Origin: an uncultured Verrucomicrobiae bacterium
GTDB lineage: Bacteria > Verrucomicrobiota > Verrucomicrobiia > Limisphaerales > Palsa-1400
Assembly (NCBI GenBank): GCA_963764165.1
Contig: CAVXRD010000002.1
Span: 3,008,001-3,072,000 of the forward strand
Reading direction: 5' to 3'
DNA length: 64,000 nucleotides
Of this stretch, positions 57,487 to 64,000 are shown in pieces. The translations under genes and the position numbers were made by a program. How positions within the stretch are numbered: the stretch's first letter is position 1; the number at the start of each line of letters is the position of its first letter. The notes beneath the pieces were generated by a model. That model did no database searches. It saw only the letters and a program-made list of their open reading frames with translations, and was not told the DNA's origin.

Positions 57487-57554
57487 GGTAGGGCGAGGCT
57501 CCCGCCGAGCCATCTTCGGAATGGGGAATGGCTCGGCGGGAGCCTCGCCCTGCC
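57487..57554. repeat. REP doublet, family D
   Basis: GGTAGGGCGAGGCTCCCGCCGAGCCAT...ATGGCTCGGCGGGAGCCTCGCCCTGCC between convergent genes. Confidence 0.85.
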
Positions 57555-57559
57555 ATGAT

Positions 57560-58480
57560 TCAGGCTGTTCGCACGGCTTGCACGTCTTGCGCGATTTGTT
57601 CTTGGAGCGCAGCGAGACTTGGGAATTTCTTTTCGTCGCGCAGCTTTTTTAGGAAGACCAATTCAACGGTCTGGCCATAAACCTCGGCGTTGAAATCCAG
57701 AATGTGCGCTTCGACGTGCAAGATGGGGTCAGCGGATTGCACGGTCGGACGATGGCCAATGTTGACGGCGGCGCGAAACGATTTTCCCTCGATTAGCGCA
57801 TCGGCGGCGTAGACGCCATTCGGTGGAACGACGAGATTGGTGATGTCCAAATTCGCGGTGGGAAAACCCAGTTTGTGCCCCAGCCGCTGGCCTTCGATGA
57901 CCGCGCCGCATAGCGCGTAAGGCCGGCCCAGCATGGCGCTTGCGGCGGCGAAATCGCCCGCCCGCACCGCTTCGCGAATGCGCGTGCTGCTGACGGGTTC
58001 GCCCTTCAACTCCAAATCCCGCAATGCGTGAAGCGTAAATCCGAGTTCATCGCCCATCGTGCGCAGCAAGTCGACATTTCCGCTGCGGCGCGCGCCGAAC
58101 ATAAAACCATCGCCGACGCAGAGGCTCTTCAATTGCCTGAAATCCGCCGCGAGATTTCGGACAAAGTCCTCCGCATGAATCTGGCTGAATTCCTTGTCAA
58201 ACCTAATGACATAGGCCGCGTCAATTCCGAGCGAAGCCATCACTTCCAGTTTTTTTGACAGCGGATAAATGAGGGGTGGAACGCGGTCAGGGGCGACGAC
58301 GGCGTTCGGGTGCTTATCAAAAGTCACTACAGCCGAAACAGCGCCGAGGCGGATGGCATCGTCGAGCATGCGCTTCAAAACGTGCTGGTGGCCGAGGTGG
58401 ACGCCATCGAACACGCCGATGGCCGCGCAAATGGGGCGCGGACCGGGCTGCAAATCGGCGGCGGCGGAGACGACCTTCAT
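57560..58480 (-). CDS. ribF: bifunctional riboflavin kinase/FAD synthetase
   Basis: GVFDGVHLGH, VSSTRIR, GFPTAN, VEAHILDF. Confidence 0.96.
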   Translation of the reverse strand: MKVVSAAADLQPGPRPICAAIGVFDGVHLGHQHVLKRMLDDAIRLGAVSAVVTFDKHPNAVVAPDRVPPLIYPLSKKLEVMASLGIDAAYVIRFDKEFSQIHAEDFVRNLAADFRQLKSLCVGDGFMFGARRSGNVDLLRTMGDELGFTLHALRDLELKGEPVSSTRIREAVRAGDFAAASAMLGRPYALCGAVIEGQRLGHKLGFPTANLDITNLVVPPNGVYAADALIEGKSFRAAVNIGHRPTVQSADPILHVEAHILDFNAEVYGQTVELVFLKKLRDEKKFPSLAALQEQIAQDVQAVRTA

Positions 58481-59208
58481 TCCGGCGGCAGACTTAATTG
58501 CGCGGCCAGCTTCAAGAACGGAATGACCCGCTTCTGCAAGTCCGCCGGCGACATCTTGAGAACGTCCTCAAACGTGACCGATTCGGTGACATCGAAACGC
58601 CCCGAAACCGTGCGGCGAAGAGTGGCCAGATGCGCGCCGCAGCCGAGCTTTTGACCGAGCTCGTGCGCCACGGAACGCACATAGGTTCCCTTGGTGCAAG
58701 CCATCCTGAAAAAGCCAAACGGCTCCTCGTATTTGGAGAACTGGAAATTATAAATGTGGATCAGCCGCGCCTTGCGCTCCACCTCCACCCCTTTGCGGGC
58801 CATTTTGTAGAGCGGCACGCCTTTCACTTTGACCGCGGAAACCATGGGCGGCATTTGCATTTGATCGCCTTGATACGCCTTGGCGGCCTCGTTGATTTCC
58901 TCAAGCGTCATCGGCAGCACGGGCAGCGAAGCCACCAATTCGCCATCCGCATCGTAGCTGTCCGTGGTCTCGCCGAATTTGATCGTGCCCTCGTAAACCT
59001 TGTCGTCAGACATGAGTTTCTCGGAGAGCTTGGTCGCCTTCCCCAAAACAATAATCAGCAAGCCAGTCGCGTTCGGGTCAAGCGTGCCGCAATGCCCGAC
59101 CTTCTCGAAGCGAAAGGCGCGGCGGATGCCATCCACCACATCGTGGGACGTTGGGCCAGCCGGCTTGTCGATCAAGACGGCGCCGTCAAATGCATCAAAA
59201 GTTCGCAT
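58477..59208 (-). CDS. truB: tRNA pseudouridine(55) synthase
   Basis: [35 protein letters not shown]. Confidence 0.97.
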   Translation of the reverse strand: MRTFDAFDGAVLIDKPAGPTSHDVVDGIRRAFRFEKVGHCGTLDPNATGLLIIVLGKATKLSEKLMSDDKVYEGTIKFGETTDSYDADGELVASLPVLPMTLEEINEAAKAYQGDQMQMPPMVSAVKVKGVPLYKMARKGVEVERKARLIHIYNFQFSKYEEPFGFFRMACTKGTYVRSVAHELGQKLGCGAHLATLRRTVSGRFDVTESVTFEDVLKMSPADLQKRVIPFLKLAAQLSLPPE

Positions 59209-59214
59209 GGAAAT

Positions 59215-60195
59215 TTAGCTGGCGGCGTCGAGGGCTTTTCTGGCGGCAGCCACCACGCGGCGCTGGACGGAAAGCTGCGAACCGGGAATGTGCGCCCCCG
59301 CCGCCGCGCTGTGCCCGCCCCCGCCAAAGAGTTTGGCTATTTGATTGACATCAATTTTCGGAGATTTGGAGCGCAGGCTGATGCGCGTCAGTTCCGGTTC
59401 AATCTCCTCAAATACGATGGCGACGACCACCGGCTCGATGGCGCGAATGTGGTCGATCAAACCTTCTGTATCGGTGCGGTTGGCGCCGGTGCGCGTGAAA
59501 TCCCTGGGCTTGAGCCACAGGTAGACAATCTGATCATTGTGGGTCAGGCGAAATTGATTGTAGACATGCTTCAGCAGGCGGATTCGCGACAGCGTGAACG
59601 ATTGATAAACCTTGTGGCAGATCGTTTCGACATCCGCGCCCGCGCCAACCAAATCTCCGGCGGTGTAATATGTCACCGGCTTCGCCGTCGAGTATTGGAA
59701 CGACCCTGTGTCCGTGGAAACGGCGGTGAAAAGGCAATCCGCAATCGCTGGCGTAATGGGCCATCCCGCCTGCTGGCACAACTGAAAAATCAATTCACCC
59801 GTCGAGGCTTCCTCGGCGGAAATCCAGTTCAAGTCGCCATAGCGGGTGTTGCTGGTGTGATGGTCTATGTTGATGATCTTATTCTTCTCGACTGCGGCCC
59901 CCACCGCGCCCAGGCGCTCAAAGGAAGCGCAATCGGTGCAGATCAATAGATCGAATTTCTTTTTTCCCCTGGGATTGCGCCAGATGTCCTCGGAATCAAG
60001 AAAGGCATATTTCTGCGGCATCGGATCCTGGTTCCAGACGGTGACGTCCTTTCCGAGCGCGCGCAGCGGAAGAGCGAGTCCTATCTGCGAGCCGATGCAA
60101 TCGCCGTCGGGGCGGATGTGGCCGGCAATGCAAATGGTTTTGCTTTCGCCGATCAATTCAATGATTTGATCGATAATTTTCAGACGTGATTTCAT
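59215..60195 (-). CDS. nrnA: DHH-family phosphoesterase (NrnA-like)
   Basis: HIRPDGD, NIDHH, TDTGSF, SLRS, GGGGH. Confidence 0.9.
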   Translation of the reverse strand: MKSRLKIIDQIIELIGESKTICIAGHIRPDGDCIGSQIGLALPLRALGKDVTVWNQDPMPQKYAFLDSEDIWRNPRGKKKFDLLICTDCASFERLGAVGAAVEKNKIINIDHHTSNTRYGDLNWISAEEASTGELIFQLCQQAGWPITPAIADCLFTAVSTDTGSFQYSTAKPVTYYTAGDLVGAGADVETICHKVYQSFTLSRIRLLKHVYNQFRLTHNDQIVYLWLKPRDFTRTGANRTDTEGLIDHIRAIEPVVVAIVFEEIEPELTRISLRSKSPKIDVNQIAKLFGGGGHSAAAGAHIPGSQLSVQRRVVAAARKALDAAS

Positions 60196-60545
60196 GAGGA
60201 GGACGATGGATTCTCCAGCTCGTCCAGAATTCGAAGAATTTTATTGCCGTGCTCAACGGATTCATCGAGCACAAACCGCAGGCGCGGCGTATATTTCAGA
60301 ATAACTGCTTTTCCCAAATACCCCTGGATGCGCCCCCGGTTTTCCTCGAGCGCTTCCATCGCCCGCTTTTTTTGCGAGTCGCCGCCAAGCACGCCGATGT
60401 AGACAGTGGCGTTGTGCAGGTTGGGGGCGACGTCAACATCGTTGACATTGATCAAACCCACTTCGCTGACCGGGAGCTGGCGGCGGATGACTTCGCCGAT
60501 CTCCCGCTTCAGCAATTCCTTCACCCGTTGCAGTCGAAGCGACAT
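60192..60545 (-). CDS. rbfA: ribosome-binding factor A
   Basis: RLQRV...KREI, KYTPRLRFVLDES; position after infB. Confidence 0.95.
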   Translation of the reverse strand: MSLRLQRVKELLKREIGEVIRRQLPVSEVGLINVNDVDVAPNLHNATVYIGVLGGDSQKKRAMEALEENRGRIQGYLGKAVILKYTPRLRFVLDESVEHGNKILRILDELENPSSSS

Positions 60546-60569
60546 ATCACTAGTGCTGTGACAAAGAAA

Positions 60570-63287
60570 CTAAATCACTTTCGGAGCGACTTTCTCCGTG
60601 GTGAAACATTCGATCAGGTCGCCAGGCTGCATGTCGTTAAAACCTTCAATGCGGATGCCGCATTCCATTCCGGCGCGAACTTCGTTCACCTCGTCCTGGA
60701 AACGGCGCAGCGTCATCACAGCGCCCTCGTAAATGAGACCCTTTCGGCGGAGGATGCGCGCCTTGCCGCGAACCATGCGTCCGCTGGAAACCATGCAGCC
60801 AGCCACGTTGCCACCCTTGGACAATTCGAAAATTTTGCGAACTTCGGCTGAACCGATGATGACTTCCCGGATGACCGGCTCGAGCAAGCCAGCCATGGCA
60901 TCTTTCACGTGGTCGATCAATTCATAGATGATCGAGTAAAGCTTGATCTGAACGCCCTCGCGCTTGGCCAAGTCAGCCACGCCGACGTCGATGCGCGTGT
61001 GGAATCCCAAAATGATCGCGTGCGACGCCGAGGCCAGCAACACGTCCGATTCCGTGATCGTGCCAACCGCGCTGTGGATGACTTCGAGCGAAACGGTTTG
61101 GGCTTCAAGTTTCTTCAGCGCTTCGACAATGGCCTCGACGGAGCCTTGCGTGTCGGCCTTGACGACGACCTTGAGAACTTTGGCGGTGGTCGCGTCGAGA
61201 GTGGCGAACAAGGTTTCCAGAGTGACCTTCGCGCGGGCTTCAGTGGAGATGGTGCGGGCGGTTTCGGCGCGCTGCTCGGCAAGGTCGCGGGCGGCCTTCT
61301 CGTCTTCCAGCACGCTGAATTCCAAACCGGCTTCCGGCACGCCGTTCAATCCAAGGATGCGCACAGCCACCGATGGCCCCGCTTCTTTTTGGCGGACGCC
61401 TTCCTCGCTGATGAGCGCGCGCACTTTGCCCCAATACGGGCCGCAAATGACAACTTCACCCACGCGCAAAGTTCCTTTGCGCACCAGAACGGTGGCGGTC
61501 GGGCCGCCGGGTTCCAAACCGGATTCGATCACGTTGCCCTTGGCGCGGCGATCCGGGTTGGCCTTCAATTCCAACAAGTCAGCCTGCAGCAAAATCATTT
61601 CCAGCAACTTGTCCACTCCCTGTTTTGTAAGGGCGGAGCAATCGACGAAAATCGTGTCGCCACCCCAGTCGTCCGGCGTCAGCCCTTTGTCCTGAAGCTG
61701 CTGGCGAACCTTCATCGGGTTGGCGTTCGGATGGTCGCATTTGTTGACAGCGACAATGATCGGCACCTTGGCGGCTTGCGCGTGGCTCAAGGCTTCCAAG
61801 GTCTGCGGCATGACGCCGTCATTGGCGGCGACCACCAGCACGACAATATCCGTGACCGTCGCCCCGCGGGCGCGCATGGCGCTGAACGCGGCGTGGCCGG
61901 GAGTGTCGAGAAACGTGATTTGCTGAAGCTCGCCTTTGCGCTCCGGGTGCGGGAACGAAATCGTGTAAGCGCCGATGTGCTGGGTGATGCCGCCCGCTTC
62001 GCCCGCCGCCACATTCGCTTTCCGAATGCCGTCCAGCAAGGTGGTTTTGCCGTGGTCGACGTGGCCCATGATCGTGACGACCGGGGCGCGCGGCTTCATC
62101 TGCTCTGGCTTGTCCTCGACGTCCAGCTCGACTTTGCGAACGGGGGTGTGGGCGCCAGCTCCGCGTTCGCGCTTTTCAACCTCGAAGCGGAAATTGTACT
62201 TGGCGCAAATGCGCTGGGCCACATCTTCGTCAATGGATTGATTAACGTTGGCGAAGACACCAACTTCCATCAAATCCGCAATAAGTTGGAATGGCTTGCG
62301 CTTCAACTGCTCCGCCAAATCGCGAACGATGATCGGCGGTTTGAGAGTGATCAAGGTGCCGGTTGCCACAGGCACGGGACGGGCCGCCGGACGGGCCGGA
62401 GCGGGAGGCTGTTTGGACGGCCAGCGATCACCCGGGCGGGGTGCTTGCCGCTGCTGGCCTTGCTGGCCGACGGGAGCCTGCTGCTGTCCGGGCGGACCGC
62501 CTGGTCCGCGGCGGACATCAAGCCCGCGGCGATTAAAATCTTGCTGACGTCCTGCGGGAGGCGCGTTGCGGCCGGCGTTGCGGTCTGGCTGGCCTCGCGG
62601 GGCTGGCCGAACCGGCAATTGCACAAACCCAACCTTTTCGCCGATTCTCGGCGCGGGCGGAACAGCGGGCGGAGGCGGCATGGCTGGCGCAGCAGGCGGC
62701 GTCGGAGCAACCGGCTTCGGCGCTTCCGCGGCGGGAGCTGCTTGGACCATCGGCGGAGCGACTGGCGCGGGAGGTGGAACAGGAGGCGGCGCGGCTGGAG
62801 GCGTTGCCGGCAAAGTCGGAATGACGGGCGCGGATGTTGGCGGCGATTGGGGCACGACCGGGACAGGTGGTGGCTTGATCGCCACAGGCTCGGCAACCGG
62901 GGAAGGCGCAGGTTCGGGCGCTGGCGGCGGCGTTGATACTGGGGCAGCGACCGGCGGCGGCTCAGCCGGTTTAACCGCTTCTGGAACCCGCGACGGCGCA
63001 GGCGCGGGAATCGGCTCGGCAACTGGAGGCAGGGCCGGTGCGACGGGCGCCGCAGCCATTGGCTCGGGCTGAGGAGGCAGAGCGGCTGGTGGCGGCGCCA
63101 CTGGCGCGGCGGCGGCTGGCGGCGGGAAAATCTTGACTAATTCACCTTCGAGATATTCGGCGGTGATCTTATCCAGCGAACTGGAAGGAACTTTGGCGGC
63201 AGCAATGTTTAGCTTCTTGGCTTCGACAAGGACGTCCTTGCTTTCGATGCCAAGTTTCTTTGCTAAATCGTAAATTCGAACGGGCAT
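60570..63287 (-). CDS. infB: translation initiation factor IF-2
   Basis: [31 protein letters not shown]; long Pro/Ala-rich N-terminal linker. Confidence 0.98.
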   Translation of the reverse strand: MPVRIYDLAKKLGIESKDVLVEAKKLNIAAAKVPSSSLDKITAEYLEGELVKIFPPPAAAAPVAPPPAALPPQPEPMAAAPVAPALPPVAEPIPAPAPSRVPEAVKPAEPPPVAAPVSTPPPAPEPAPSPVAEPVAIKPPPVPVVPQSPPTSAPVIPTLPATPPAAPPPVPPPAPVAPPMVQAAPAAEAPKPVAPTPPAAPAMPPPPAVPPAPRIGEKVGFVQLPVRPAPRGQPDRNAGRNAPPAGRQQDFNRRGLDVRRGPGGPPGQQQAPVGQQGQQRQAPRPGDRWPSKQPPAPARPAARPVPVATGTLITLKPPIIVRDLAEQLKRKPFQLIADLMEVGVFANVNQSIDEDVAQRICAKYNFRFEVEKRERGAGAHTPVRKVELDVEDKPEQMKPRAPVVTIMGHVDHGKTTLLDGIRKANVAAGEAGGITQHIGAYTISFPHPERKGELQQITFLDTPGHAAFSAMRARGATVTDIVVLVVAANDGVMPQTLEALSHAQAAKVPIIVAVNKCDHPNANPMKVRQQLQDKGLTPDDWGGDTIFVDCSALTKQGVDKLLEMILLQADLLELKANPDRRAKGNVIESGLEPGGPTATVLVRKGTLRVGEVVICGPYWGKVRALISEEGVRQKEAGPSVAVRILGLNGVPEAGLEFSVLEDEKAARDLAEQRAETARTISTEARAKVTLETLFATLDATTAKVLKVVVKADTQGSVEAIVEALKKLEAQTVSLEVIHSAVGTITESDVLLASASHAIILGFHTRIDVGVADLAKREGVQIKLYSIIYELIDHVKDAMAGLLEPVIREVIIGSAEVRKIFELSKGGNVAGCMVSSGRMVRGKARILRRKGLIYEGAVMTLRRFQDEVNEVRAGMECGIRIEGFNDMQPGDLIECFTTEKVAPKVI

Positions 63288-63365
63288 AATTTTCTATCTG
63301 CCAATGCGCTGACAAGGTTTTCATGGTATTAACATGCAAACATTGCAAGCAACCGAGTTCATCTC

Positions 63366-64000
63366 TTAAGCCTTTCCTGCACTATCGGCGCCCTGCCGCT
63401 TGGCCTGCTCGGCCCGGATCGCCTCGATGATGGCGGGCGCCTGATCCTTAATCTGCTCAATCTGCTCCAAATCACTCAACTCCGCGGAAAGCAGCGCTTC
63501 CATGGTCGAAAATCCCGCCAGCACGAGCACCTGCGCCACTTCCGGCGTCAAGCCGGGAACGCTGGAAAAGCTCTGGACAGCCTGGGCAACCTTCTCTTCA
63601 AATCCAACCAATACGACCGTTTCCGGTTCGATATCAATTTGCCAGCCAGTCAGCTTCGAGGTCAGCCGGGCATTTTGCCCCCGCTTGCCGATGGCCAGCG
63701 AAAGCTGGTCCTCCGCCACAACAATCTTCACCCGGCGGCGCTGTTCGTCGATGGTAAAGCCCTTCAACTGCGCTGGCGCAAGGGCGTTGGCGACATACAC
63801 CTTGATGTTGGCGTCCCATTTGATGATGTCGACCTTCTCGTTATTCAGTTCCCGCACGATGTTTTTGACGCGCTGCCCGCGCAAACCCACGCATGCGCCA
63901 ACCGGATCCACCTTCGGATCGCGGGTGTGAACAGCCAGTTTGGTGCGGAACCCCGGTTCGCGGGCAATCCCCTTGATCTCAATCGTTCCGTCGTTGATTT
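63366..64000 (-). CDS. nusA: transcription factor NusA, C-terminal part (runs off window end)
   Basis: AREPGFRTK, DPVGACVG.RG.RV, LSLAIGKRGQNARL. Confidence 0.96.
   Translation of the reverse strand, partial: INDGTIEIKGIAREPGFRTKLAVHTRDPKVDPVGACVGLRGQRVKNIVRELNNEKVDIIKWDANIKVYVANALAPAQLKGFTIDEQRRRVKIVVAEDQLSLAIGKRGQNARLTSKLTGWQIDIEPETVVLVGFEEKVAQAVQSFSSVPGLTPEVAQVLVLAGFSTMEALLSAELSDLEQIEQIKDQAPAIIEAIRAEQAKRQGADSAGKA

Noticed and set aside
6979..57554. Repeats as a possible CRISPR array
   Set aside because: Dispersed palindromes with no regular repeat-spacer periodicity and no cas genes

Overview
GC-rich bacterial chromosome segment. It looks like Verrucomicrobiota (Pedosphaera/Limisphaerales-like), an inference from the H-X9-DG prepilins, the GloVer-repeat protein, the stand-alone SWIB protein and the style of its palindromic repeats. 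It carries about 62 CDS. Housekeeping blocks are nusA-infB-rbfA-DHH-truB-ribF, nusB-PHP-ftsY, pyc and ade. Other content includes a MacAB-TolC-type exporter, redox/stress genes, GH2 and GH3 glycosidases and three prepilin-type genes. No rRNA, tRNA, CRISPR, prophage or intact transposase was seen. Signals absent from the ORF track: (1) a candidate ~77-nt sigma54-dependent sRNA (3408-3484, minus); (2) a 59-aa ORF completing a DsrE/F/H (TusD/C/B)-like trio behind ftsY; (3) several REP/REPIN/MITE-like repeat families, one copy read through in frame inside a prepilin leader, plus a probable RAYT transposase relic; (4) a sigma54 pilin locus with a structured leader and a downstream GT-C-like membrane protein; (5) many leaderless-type promoters; (6) two single-base frameshifts (pyc and a mutarotase-like gene) that may be sequencing errors. 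All calls come from reading the sequence; no database searches were run.
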